From Carcharhinus amblyrhynchos (Eukaryota), in assembly GCA_965287045.1 (NCBI GenBank), contig OZ336878.1, positions 105,586,001-105,650,000 of the forward strand: a stretch of DNA of 64,000 nucleotides. Reading direction: 5' to 3'. The notes below the pieces were generated by a model. That model saw only the letters and a program-made list of their open reading frames with translations, was not told the DNA's origin and did no database searches. Positions 39,626-51,600 of the stretch are shown here, one piece after another. The position numbers and the translations under genes are program-made. Position 1 is the first letter of the stretch, and each line of letters starts with the position of its first letter.

Positions 39626-40809
39626 AAGAAATGGAATTGTCTCGGCAATTTATCGAAGTATTGATGCTGCCTGTATTGAATCAATTGGCTCGCTAGGTTA
39701 TGATCTTCATTATGTCGAAAATCAATCACTAAATTCATTATATGCTTCTCCCCATTGCTCACCCTCTTTCTGCCACAAACGGACCACACTCACAAAATTG
39801 CATTTCCGCTGCCAAATAAGCATTCAACAAATATTTAAATACTACAAACTTTTCATCACGCCTCGACTTTATGAAAGGAATAAACTGTCATTATTTTGAT
39901 TGGTGGTTTCGTTTTCTCAATCCATTTAGCGCAATTTTCTGTGTAAATCTGTGAATATAAAATTACCTAAATTGAAAACGAAAACACGTGCAAGCCTTTT
40001 AGCCAAAACAGAGTTTATTTACATTCGTTCCCCATGTTCCAAGTGCCGAATCTCATGTGAATTTTAAATATATTGCATAACCTAATTAGACTCGTCGAAT
40101 TGAATGTTTTATTTAGAAAACACTTTCTGCAATAATAACCTGCAACAATACTGTCAGGAATTATGACCTTAAATTGGTTCAGACAACTCAAATCACGTTA
40201 GTGATATAAATGATATTCTGTGAAGAATTGCTTGCAAATTTAACACCAGAAACGTACTACCTTCCCCCTGTTGAAGTTCTCTTCTGAATTGCATTCAACG
40301 TCATTGAGAATCGGCCTTATGACTGTTAATGTCCCAGTTTACCGTCGAGTAATAACATGGCATCCGAAACATAATATGTTGGAGCAATAGCTAAATTAAA
40401 CTCTTTTGATTCAATAGGTGCTGCTGTCGCAGAGCGCCGATGGTATAGTGAACTTCCAACATCCGCTCAAATATTTTGCTGTTGTTAATAAGATAGTCAA
40501 TGGAGTAACGACAATACCACAATTTGCAATGAGTTTCGACAAAACCAATTTATGTCTAAAAGTCTCGAAACATCCCATTTGTGTGAGATACTTGAAATTA
40601 AATAAAGCTTTCAATTCTCCATGCATCATCGCAGCACAGTGTTCGGAGAGTGCATACGAAGTGATTTGGCCCCCCGAGTCTGTACGGACTCTGTAAATGT
40701 GCACCAGGCATATGCCCAATCCCACACCCTAACTCCATAATTCTGTAAAGCCACGCATTGATCATGGCCCGTGTTCCTAATGTCTGCTTCCTCGACATGT
40801 GGTAGCACT

Positions 40810-40970
40810 TATCTAACTAACGTTGGAGTGTATGTGGAAATCGAAACATCAGACAGACAAGCAGACACGGGCATAAAATGCAAACTCCACAGTCACCCAA
40901 GACAGGAAATGAACCTGAGTCCATGACACTGTGAGGTAGCTGTGGCAACAATTGTGGCAATGTGCCACAC
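40810..40970 (-). mobile_element. tRNA-derived SINE fragment
   Basis: Reverse complement of SINE head and body (caaactccacagtcacccaag..gaacctgagtcc..ctgtgagg). Confidence 0.7.
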
Positions 40971-42811
40971 ATTCCCTGTCACAGCCAGACCACATCCTTC
41001 ATTTTTGCATGCCAATGTAACGTGGAATTTAAACAAACACGCATTTAGCTAGCTCAACAAAGTATGTGGCTTCTTGCAATCAAACATTTTTCGAAGTGTC
41101 ACAGATGTTGCTCCCACTTTCAACGCGAAGCTACCAGATCTCGAATATGACATTCAGAATGTGTGAGTGTTGTTTTTTATTGCTTCCAATGTTAAACACA
41201 ACCAGGATGTGCCTCATAACAAACAGCATAAGTTCAATAGGTAGCGCTCATTTGGTATGGAAAAAAATGATATTTGTTTCGTCATTTCTGATTTAGCCAT
41301 GCCAATATTTTGCAGAAAGGCACATTTGTGATATATCTGATTGACAGGTTTTCTCAATGAAATCTCCCTCAGCAATCTAGCTTTCGTTCATCCAACTGCC
41401 AATAACTATTACCCAAGGATACTTGAACGAAAATTACAAGGGAACACTACGGTGCGTCTTCAATGTGAATACAGTTATGGTAACAGAAGGTAAACCAGCT
41501 TAGTTTTGTCTTCAGATAAGTACATCAACCCATCGACCGGCAAAGCTTATTTCCGGTTGCATTTTGTAGCCTCGATCTTTCAAAATTTCAGCATTCTAGC
41601 ATTGTCAGCAAATCAGTAAATAAGTAGCCAAAGAGTGCTGTCGACGGACTGTTCCGCGCAACAACTGTGGCTGTTGTAACGAGTAACACAATCGTTTGCC
41701 ACACAGCAAAATCATTATTTGTTTGAATGAATCGAGCAAATTGACCCACAACAAAGTGTTCAGTTCCTTCGAAAACAGTGGTTGACATGCGCATTGTTGA
41801 ACTTTAATGTCACATTGTGTCCACATTCCTAAAATGTGTATCATTTCAGTGTAAAAAAAAGATTAGTTCATTTGCAAATCTGAGCAGGAAGAACTATTAA
41901 CTGCAAAGTCCATCCTCGGCTCAACTTGAGGTAGTTAGCATAACAAATTCCGACCTAGAGAATGTTGACTCCACGTCTTATGAGGGAATAAATCCATGCA
42001 TCGGTTTAACAGAATGGTCACCCTCGCCCCCCACCACCTCCCCCCCCCCCACCCCCCGTACCTCCCGTCCCCCGGAAACATCCCTCCTGCAGACCAGAAG
42101 ATTAGCATTTCAGAGCAATATGCTTCCCTAACCAGGCTGCTCCTTCAGCGCGAATGTATAAGGTGGAAAATTGCCTACATTTGATCTGCATACATTAAGC
42201 AGCAAACATTCGAACAATCAACCAATATTTGATCAATCTGCTCTCAAACATTGGCAATGTATGAAATCATGTTACCAACATGGCTGTCATAGACCATATG
42301 TGTGCGCAGAACTTGAACGAAAATGGTGCATTTCGTTCTGTCGTTTGCCATCCCGGCTATAGTCCACAAATGGTAATACATAACGACGTAAATTGCCGTG
42401 TTGAAAGAGACCACCAAAGTAGACTTTCAGGGACATTGGCGCCGGCAATTTGATGTCACGCGATACAAGGGGGCGTTGCTGTGTAGAGGGACGTCTCAAC
42501 TCACTGCTGCTCTCGTTGGCATAAATAAAGACTTGTCTGGTTGCTGAAAGCTAACTAACAAATCGAATATAGTCCGTACACAGCTTCTTGATAGTTGTTT
42601 TCTAAACGCAAGCACTTCCAGTTGCTTCACGTGCGGAATGTAATTCAACGTCAAATCATACGATGCACTTCAATATTATTCTGCTTTCTGTATTCGGTCA
42701 CGATTGATATGACAAATTGAAATATAATAAAAATAATAATATTTGCCTTAAATGAATGTAAAAAAATATATAATGTTGATAACGTGTATCTTCAACTTGT
42801 ATGTTACATTC

Positions 42812-44282
42812 AGGGCGGCGTGCCGGAGCAATGGCTAGCACTGCTGCCTCACAGCGCTAGGCACTCGGGCTCGATTCCCGGCGTGAAACAGTGTCTGTGC
42901 GGAGTCGCATTTTTTCTCCCCGTGTCTTCTGTTTTAACTTCGGTACTCCGGTTCCCTCCCACAGTCTGAAAGGCGTACTGGTTAGGTGCATTGGTCATAA
43001 GAACATAAGAAATAGGAGCAGGAGTAGGCCATCTAGCCCTTCGAGCCTGCCCCGCCATTCAGTGAGATCATGGCTGATCTGCCGTGGCTCAGTTCCACAT
43101 TCCCGCCCTCTCCCCATAACCCTTAATCCCCTCGCTTATCAAAAACCCATCAACCCGCGTCTTAAAAATATTTAGCGATGCAGCCTCCACCACTTCAACG
43201 GGCAGAGAATTCCAAAGATTCACCACCCTTTGAGTGAAGAAGTTCCTCCTCAACTCCGTTCTAACCGCCCCCCCCCCCCCGCCTTTATCTTGAGGCTATG
43301 CCCCCTAGTCCTATTGTCCTTTCTGAGCGGAGAGAGTCTCTCCACCTCTATCCTATCCATCCCATTCATCATCTTATATGTCTCAATGAGATCATCCCTC
43401 ATTCTTCTAAACTCTAACGAGTACAAGCCTCGTTTATTCAGCCTCTCCTCATAGCTCAACCCCCTCAACTCCGGCATCAGCCTAGTAAACGTCCTCTGCT
43501 CTCCCTCCAAGGTCAAAATATCCTTGCGTAAGTGCGGCGACCAAAATTGCACACAGTACTCCAGCTGCGGCCTCACCAGTGCCCTATACAGCTGCAGCAA
43601 GACCTCCCTTCTTTTATATTCAGTCCCCCTCGCTATGAAGGCCAGCATCCCATTCGCCTTCCTGACCACCTGCTGCACCTGCAGGCTGGGTTTTTGCGAC
43701 TCATGCACAAGGACCCCGAGGCCCCTCTGCACTGTCGCCTGTTGCAGTTTTTCGCCACGTAAGTAATAGCCCTTTCTACCATTATTCATACCAAAGTGGA
43801 CCACCTCGCAATTGCCAACATTTAATTCCATTTGCCAGTTCCTGGCCCATTCGCCCAGCCTATCTAGATCCTTCTGCAGACTCTCCACACCCTCCGCGCA
43901 ATTTGCCGTTCCACCAATCTTGGTGTCATCAGCAAATTTCGACACCATACACTCGGTTCCCTCCTCCAGATCATCTATATGAATGGTAAATAGCTGAGGG
44001 CCCAGCACCGACCCCTGGGGCACTCCACAAGTCACCAACCGCCAATCCGAATAGCATCCATTGACCCCCACCCTCTGCCTCCTATTAGACAGCCAATCCT
44101 CTATCCACGCTAACACCCTACCCCCAACTCCATGCCCCCTTACCTTCTGCAATAACCTCTTGTGAGGTACCTTTCTCCCTTAGTGCCCCCGAACAGCCGC
44201 CAGAGTGTGGTGATTAGGTGATTTTCACAGTAACTTCATTGCAGTGTTAAACTCAGCCTACTTGTGACCAAATAAATAAACC
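42812..44282 (+). mobile_element. tRNA-derived SINE split by a CR1 insertion (5' half about 42812..42996, 3' half about 44172..44282)
   Basis: 5' half ends ggttaggtgcattggtc; 3' half ttctcccttagtg..cacagtaacttcattgcagtg..aataaataaa is colinear with the uninterrupted copy at 15880. Confidence 0.8.
42997..44171 (-). mobile_element. Young 5'-truncated CR1 LINE
   Basis: ORF 43250..44152 with GVPQGSVLGPQLF and KFADDTK; tail cataagaacataagaa. Confidence 0.95.
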
Positions 44283-45709
44283 AACATAAACAATTAAACT
44301 GTATTGAACTTGATTATCTAGGAGAATATCATGCGTTGAGCTGCCTGGCTGGCAACTGCTCGGCGGCCACTATCCTGAATGTGCGCGAAAAACACTCCCA
44401 GACGCCTGCTGCAATTTCATGTTCAGACGAACAGTGACTGGATGGCGCACATGATATCTGTACAATCCGTCTTCTTCAACTCTTGGCGAACCACAATCGC
44501 TGATACCTGCATTGCGTGGCGTTGTCTGAAAGTGACACTGCAATCCCCTGTTTGTGTCAATGAATGAAATTGCAACACAGGTAATTAAAGATGTTCCTTT
44601 CATTGGAAATTATGGATGCTCCCGTGGGGAGTGGGTGGAGCTCGACTGTGTCATCTTATTGCTTGGGTGTAAATATCACGGCAATGGAAAAGGTATCCAA
44701 GCCTGAAATTTGGGATAAAATCGCTCCTGTAAAATATTCTGAGACGGAAATTTAGAAATTGCGCTGTTTGCTATTCTGCTCTCACTGTTCATTCAATGAA
44801 TTGAAGTTGGTCAATAAAAGGCCCATAATTGGCTAGTTGCGGGGTCCTTTAGCGGTATGGGCGGATTTGCTGGCCCATATCCTGCCAGTCTCACAGGCAA
44901 TTGCGTCTGAATCTAGACGGGCGTGATCACGCACAAGATATTACAATTTCACACTACCCAATGCCTCAACTGCATTCCACCTCCTGGGAGCGGAGTATTA
45001 TACCCCAGGTCTGCAAATGCCTTTACAATGTTGACCAGCTGGAATCGAAAATCTCAACTGCGTATTTTCTAACGTTGCTCATCAGACACACATCTCCGCT
45101 TAAGAATGTCATCAAAAGTTCTACTTTTACCTGTATTACAGCAAAAACATAATTTGTAAAAGTTCTAATAAAATCCAGGAAAGATTATCAGTAATGCCCA
45201 GTGTCTAGTGCAACATCTTCTCGCCAAGGCACTTGCAACACCACCTTTCCTCTATGAAACGGACAGCAGGTTTATGTTAATATCAGAATCCGGCAATTGG
45301 CATTCTGCTGCCGTGTCATTCTTACTGAAAACAATGTTACCATTGCCAAAATCAGTGCTACACTGTGCGTTGACAGTACGAGAAATGGCTGAAGCTGGTA
45401 TTGAGGAGTGTTGTGAATTTTAAATGAAAAAAAACACGTATTTGTGAGTGTATCTTGAGTATAAGGGTAGAAAGGGTAGTAAATCCATGCGGCAGCGATG
45501 CAATTAGAGTGCTCGGAACAACAATATGTGCACAGAGGCAGGATAGCGTACAATGCATAGATTTGCACTATTTTATTTTAAATTTCAGTCAATTTGTAAA
45601 CTATCAGAGCTGACGCCCTTAGTATTGTTATGCTTCCTTCGTCCTATGCTAATTTGGATACTCAGCAGTCCTTCTTTTTACCTGCCATAAGAAAACCATT
45701 TTAAATTTG

Positions 45710-45990
45710 TACAAAGAACAAAGAACAAAATCAGTCCGGGAAACAGGCCCTTCGGCCCAACGAGCCCGCGCCGCCATCTCAACACCACCAGTCCACCTCT
45801 CTACCCATGACCCCTATCTAATGTTTTATGGCCATCCAGATTGAGGGAAACTGATTTAGGGACAATTTTTTCCTGCCAATCAGCCTAACAGCACATCTTT
45901 GGGGTGTGGGAGGAAACCGGAGCACCCGGAGAAAACCCACGCAAGCACGGGGAGAATGTGCAAACTGCCACAGGCACCGGCCAAAATCCA
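45710..45990 (-). mobile_element. CR1-like 3' tail fragment plus SINE body
   Basis: acaaagaacaaagaac..caggcccttcggccc; gtgggaggaaaccggagcacccggagaaaacccacgca. Confidence 0.75.
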
Positions 45991-46664
45991 TGTGTCTGCA
46001 CAGCAATCAGCGATAGTCACTGAGCTGTCGTCTTGCCCAGTATCTTGTCCAGTTTAGGCACACACTAACGACATGAAGCACTAGGCCAATCTCGAACAAC
46101 CAAGAGCAGCCCCAGTACGACCCATCGCCTGAATGCCCCTCGTTGGACACGAGGTGGACCGACTTAAAACCTGTGAATGAAAGAGAGAAAAAAAACATTA
46201 TTATCATACTATACCCATTTACATTACCAGGGACGCCCCAATGCTAATTACCCTTATTTAAAAAGTTCTCCTATATCCACCCATCTCCAACTCAGTCCTG
46301 TGCCTGTCTAAGTTACTCTTAAAGGACTCTAGCGTGTTTGCCTCCACCACCTCTGGCAGCATGCGTGAGGATACCTCTGAGGAAGGGCCATCCAGATTCC
46401 ACACGTTGGCTCTATAGTCTCTTCACAGATGCTGTCAAACCTGCTCAGATTTTCAAGCATTTTCTGATTTACTTAATGAATCTCATCGTGTCATGGGACT
46501 TCGCGTAAATTGAATTGTTACTAGAATGATGTTTGTCCGGAATTGCTACGGAAGATTAAAAATAAACAGAAGGTGCCTGCAAAACGCAAGTGGCCTGGCA
46601 ACATTTCTGGAGAGAGAAACAGAGCTGATTCTTGAAAAGTAAAATGGCTTCAACATGGTTTGAA

Positions 46665-46990
46665 CGGCGTTCTTGCAGAGTGGTTAGCAGTTTTGCCTCA
46701 GAACTCCGGAGACATGGGTTCGATTCCCGGCTCAGGTCACTGTCTGTCTCGTCTGCATATTCTCCCCGTTTCTGCATCGGTTTCCTCCGGTTTCTTCCCG
46801 TAGTCCAAAGATGTGCCAGTTAGGTGCATTGATCATGCTAAGTTGCCCTTTAGTGTCCCGCGTTGCGTAGTTCAGAGAGATTATCGAGGTAAATATGTGG
46901 GGTTGGGCCTGGGTTTGGTTGTTGTGGGTGCAGACTCGAATGGGCCAAATGATCGCCTTCTGCACTGTAGGGCTTCTATGGATTGTATGA
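46665..46990 (+). mobile_element. tRNA-derived SINE with CR1-like tail
   Basis: gtggttagca..gggttcgattcccgg head; tail tgggccaaatgatcgccttctgcactgtaggg. Confidence 0.85.
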
Positions 46991-47413
46991 TAATGATGTT
47001 CCGTTGAATAAAATTATACTTGACTTGTTACGTCTAGCTCTCTTTCCAGAAAGGTTGCATCACCAGCTTTATATTTGTTTTCTTTATTTGATTTTCTCCT
47101 TTGTTTCAATTCCATGCATTTCTGTTTTACAATGCAGGCAAATGGCGATACGTGAGGTGAAAAATGGTTTGTATACTTTAAAGTTATATCTGCCTTCCAC
47201 TGACCATTAACCCCAGCAGACTGTGCTGACATTCATTGGATTAAATGCATCACTGTATGGTGTGTCCCTTCTGGTTATTAATTGTCTAACATTAAGCAAG
47301 TCCACGTGGAACATGTGGTGTCACATGCGAAATGTTGAGGCGCTTCCGTCCTCATAGCAATGCCACCAATTTACTTCCCATTTATACCATTATACCTGTA
47401 CAAAATGTCTCAC

Positions 47414-47437
47414 CAACCTTATTGTTCTTTTGACCCG
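47414..47437 (-). CDS. Candidate microexon, 24 nt, (A)GQKNNKV
   Basis: gttatttggcag|CGGGTCAAAAGAACAATAAGGTTG|gtgaga; moderate acceptor, no clear paralogue. Confidence 0.35.
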
Positions 47438-47974
47438 CTGCCAAATAACTTACAAGTCAATTCTTGATTTCATTGTTCTAAAGCACTATTTGTTATTATC
47501 TTGCGTTTTAACCTCACCATAATTATGCTAATTGAAAGTTCTGCTGCCCTTGCCTCAATCAGGACCCAAATACACTTCCAGGATTGCAAAAATACTTTGA
47601 TCTAATGGGTTGACGATTAATATCTCGATATTCTTAAGCATCCGTGCGGGTGTAAAATCTATCCAATAGTTTCACTTTTAGCCTCACAAGCCTACTAAAT
47701 ATTTACACTGTTCGATTTCTAACCGTATACACCTAGAATTAAATTCGAGTAGCAAACAAAAATGTTCACCTTCGATGAGCAAACAATATGTTCACCATGT
47801 GCTGCCTTAAACTTGGAACCATTATAGCTTTGAATTATCCCTCTTACATTTGTCAACTTCACTCGAATTTAGGATATTGCTGCAGAACAACCCATAAATT
47901 TTCTACTTCACGGTTATTTTGGGCATGCATCTTGGTATGTACGTTTGTGGAATGATGAATGATGGAATTTCAAC

Positions 47975-48130
47975 AGGTTCATTTGATATGATGAGCTTTT
48001 GGAGCGCTGCTCTTTCATCGTTTGCTCCAAAAGCTCGTGTTACCAAATACAACTTTTAGAATTAAATCGGTTGTTTTAAGACTTCTGTCTGTACGCACTC
48101 CAGTCCAACGCCGGAATCTCCACAGCATGG
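47975..48130 (+). mobile_element. Penelope-type terminal-repeat remnant with inverted junction
   Basis: Perfect 13-bp inverted repeat gagcttttggagc..gctccaaaagctc; downstream part resembles the reverse complement of 60725..60820. Confidence 0.6.
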
Positions 48131-48138
48131 ATACTCAC

Positions 48139-48165
48139 CTTCGGATTTTAAAATTTCGTTAAACT
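48139..48165 (-). CDS. Microexon B2, 27 nt, (E)FNEILKSE
   Basis: ttttcgtcatttag|AGTTTAACGAAATTTTAAAATCCGAAG|gtgagt. Confidence 0.8.
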
Positions 48166-48300
48166 CTAAATGACGAAAATGAAAAAGCAGATGCTATTTT
48201 TAAATGTGACTTTCTAATGAATGGTACTTAATTGAACTGTGCACATTCATTGGAATTGTGTAAATCCATACGGATTATTATGTAGCAAACGCGGGTTCAC

Positions 48301-48327
48301 CTTTCTCTTTTGCAGCTAACTTCTCTT
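48301..48327 (-). CDS. Microexon A2, 27 nt, (E)EKLAAKEK
   Basis: attctgttttcag|AAGAGAAGTTAGCTGCAAAAGAGAAAG|gtgaac. Confidence 0.8.
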
Positions 48328-50160
48328 CTGAAAACAGAATAATGAAGTAATATGTTATTTATTTTTCAATAAGTTTTCCAATTTTCCATTTAACGCAACA
48401 AAGCTTCCACATCCTGGACAACACAAAATAAGCATAACTCTCCATATACATGGAAGAACGACACGCATATGTGATTAAAACTGAATGTTGTTAACAAATG
48501 TAAGCTTTGCGATTTTTTTCCGCATGGACAATGAAAATCTAATATAAAGAGTAGGGGACTGACACGATTACAGAAGAAAGTCATGGGCATATGGCACAAG
48601 ATTGCACAAACTGGCCCATAGGCTGAAAAGGAAGGAAGTACACAGTATGAAAGAGAGCCGTTGAAGTCAGGTGTAGCCAATCGAAGCCTTAAACTTCACC
48701 CCAAAAATGCTAACAGTGAATGGGTACTCAGATAGTGGGAACAACGACATAGGGCCCCAAATCCAAGACGTTGAATGACAACATAAACTTCTGCTTCCAT
48801 GATAACTAGAGTGAGAGACAGAGTCTCACGGGAAGAGTGCTGATGAAGCAGGGTCCAGGTAACTAAATGCAAACTCAGGCACCACAGATCACATGATAGC
48901 CGCACGATATAAACCTAACACATAACAAGAGGTATTGTTGCTTTGTCTCGACAAAAAAGAAACAGACTGGGGGAAGGCAGACGAGTGATGTGATCGAAAC
49001 ATCCCAAAAGCCTCCCTAAAAGAAGTAGATCGTTTTCAGTGCAGAGTTTAAGGAAATATTTCTGAATTCTCCGTAAACACTACACGTCAGGAATTTGAAT
49101 TTACCACTGTCAAGAAGCAAGGTGTTAAATTCAGATGTTGATTGAATGTAAACGACAATACGTTTTAAATAAAGTTGTCTGTCGTTCCACTGTCAGATAT
49201 CTTCCTCAATAAATTGCCTTATGAGCAGATGTACCTGGCTTTCAAGAAGCAACGGAATAACAAGCGATGTATTCCTCAGTGTCCGTGCATAACAGCATCG
49301 GAAATCAGAGTAATAAAAGTAAGGGAGCTAGTTCAGTAGAGATCACGAACAATTCGATGCTATAACAATCAATGGAGCCTGAAAAAAAGCCACCGAATGT
49401 GAAGCCAAATCAAGCATCTCATCAAAAGTTTTATCGAAGCGTCAGCACCACGGTTAAGGCTTGGTCCAGAAATCCAGCAGCGAGAGGCATGGGGCGCGGC
49501 AGGTGATGGGGTATCGTCACTTTCGGCCGTCTCCAGCCCTTCTCGACAACCAGCGTGTTCACGGCAATGTAAAACCTACAATGGGTGTATATAATCGTCT
49601 TCAAATCTTGAATGCAGGATGTAATATATGTCCTCGAACACAAAACGTTCAACCTTCAAATGGACATTTCAGAAGCATGGCAACCAGTCTCAAGTTTAGC
49701 TGGGAATTTATCCTGAGCAAATGAACACTCATTTCCTATCCCGTCTCCTCGAATTAAGCAGGACGTCCCGCATACAATGTGCAGGATTTCCAAAGACCAA
49801 TGAGGAACCGCCACCCAGGGAACTGTCCTTTCAGTTGACAGAATTATTCATTTCACTTCGTCCATTTGCTTTCAGATAACTCTCAATGCATCGATGTGAA
49901 CACGCTATATTTTGCCAGGGAGCCAAGACAGTAATCTACAAATACCTACCATACAAGCCATCATTTTATGCATCAAAATTTCGCCACAGTCTGAGCTCCA
50001 TCACGAGTTCTTCAATGAATGCGAACCCGGCCACAATGGTGTTCGCCCACGGCCAGGAACAATGATGACTTTATTGACCTTCACTGGCTCCCCTTCCTAA
50101 TCTTAACCAGAAACAAGGAGGAGGCACTCCAGCATTAGATAATTGTGTTTTTTTTTATTA

Positions 50161-50675
50161 GGGGGAAACCCGGATTAAAAGAAGAGTAGCGCGAGAGCTG
50201 GTGAAAATTCAACGACCGCAGTGCTGTCTTCACGATCCACCTAGACCATTTTTTTTTTCTCTCGGCTCTTTGAACACTTTATGTTTCTCCGTTTGCAAAG
50301 CTACTTTCAAACTATGCTCGTCGAGGTTTTGAAGCTATTCCGATATTGAGACCCAATAGGTAAACTTCGTATTACGCAGCGTTAATGCCGAATACATGTC
50401 GTATTACCGAACTGCCTCTTTTTACACTTGCAGCAACGAAAGGAATTGGCAGATTTTTAAATCGCTGCCATGAAATTGATTGTTAGAATTCATGAAATTG
50501 TACAGGTCTGGGAGTAAAACGAATGTAACCGAAGCTCAGGGGGCTAAGCTCAGAGCAATCACTTTAATTGTATATTTTTTGGAATTGATCTTGAATTTCT
50601 GCCGGTGGTATGCATCGTCCCGGAGAGCAATCGAAAAAAAAGACTCACGTTCCTCCTTCAATCCGTGTTTCCCCC
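50161..50675. mobile_element. Putative MITE (515 bp) with imperfect terminal inverted repeats and TA flanks
   Basis: ta|gggggaaacccggattaaaagaagag ... ttcctccttcaatccgtgtttccccc|ta; 21 of 26 positions match; no transposase ORF. Confidence 0.65.
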
Positions 50676-50684
50676 TAATATATT

Positions 50685-51600
50685 TTATTATTATGGCAAT
50701 ATACATTTTCTATATGGGGATGCTGCAGTACTGGTGCGGGGGGCGGGGGGGGCGGCGTGGGGTGCAGCTGGTGTTTGTTGTGGGGGGGGGGGATGAAGTT
50801 GGTCACCACAACATTTAAATGGCGAATCGGCCTTTATTTAATGCATACAATGAACGATGCGATCGACTACATAATGCTTACCCTCTCTCCTGGGTTGCCA
50901 CAGATCCGACTCCCGTTGACGCACGAGCTTCTCGAAACAAATGTCGTTCGACGGCCAAACGTAATGGTTTATTTTATTTTCTGGCCTGCAAATTAGCTGT
51001 CACCCTATTGCTGCGCAGTATCACAACAGCAGACAGCAACAACCAAACGTTAACCCTTTATTTTTACATCGGCTCAATGACAAGAGAAACTTATATGAGC
51101 TTATATTAAATCATTTCTTCAGTACTGATTTTGAATTCTTTGAAATTAATATATTTCATTCCACTTCAGGAATATTGGATTTGTCATTATCGTTCGGCTT
51201 AAAATAAGAAATATGATCTGAAATTATCCATGTCGTAATTAGTGATCCATTAAGAATATTTTTGTTGTTGTTGTTGGCTCGAAGCAGAAATACTTCACCT
51301 GTTTCTTTTAGCAAGGCGTATACTTTGTTTATTTCTACGAGGTAAACGGTAAAGTTATATGCAAAAATGATTAGTTCATTTATAATTAAAACAAATATTT
51401 TTTTTATGGCAATATGCATTTTCTATATGAGGATGCTGCAGTATTTGAGGGAAAAATGAAATTGGTCACCAGAGCAATTAGATCGCATATCGGCCTTTAT
51501 TTTAACCATGAGATTGGCTATATGTTGGTCACCCTTTCTCCTGGGATGACGCAACTCCGATTCCCACTGTTGTACTAGCTTCTAGAAAGAAATGCCACTC
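50685..51600 (+). repeat. Diverged direct duplication (about 50685..50950 versus 51400..51600)
   Basis: Shared ttatggcaatat.cattttctatatg.ggatgctgcagta, ttggtcacca, atcggcctttattt and ccct.tctcctggg blocks. Confidence 0.85.
51299..51334 (-). CDS. Microexon C2, 36 nt, (E)INKVYALLKET
   Basis: gtttacctcgtag|AAATAAACAAAGTATACGCCTTGCTAAAAGAAACAG|gtgaag. Confidence 0.8.

Noticed and set aside
40418-40696. Plus-strand ORF behind an acceptor-like site
   Set aside because: No partner plus-strand exons or recognisable motifs.
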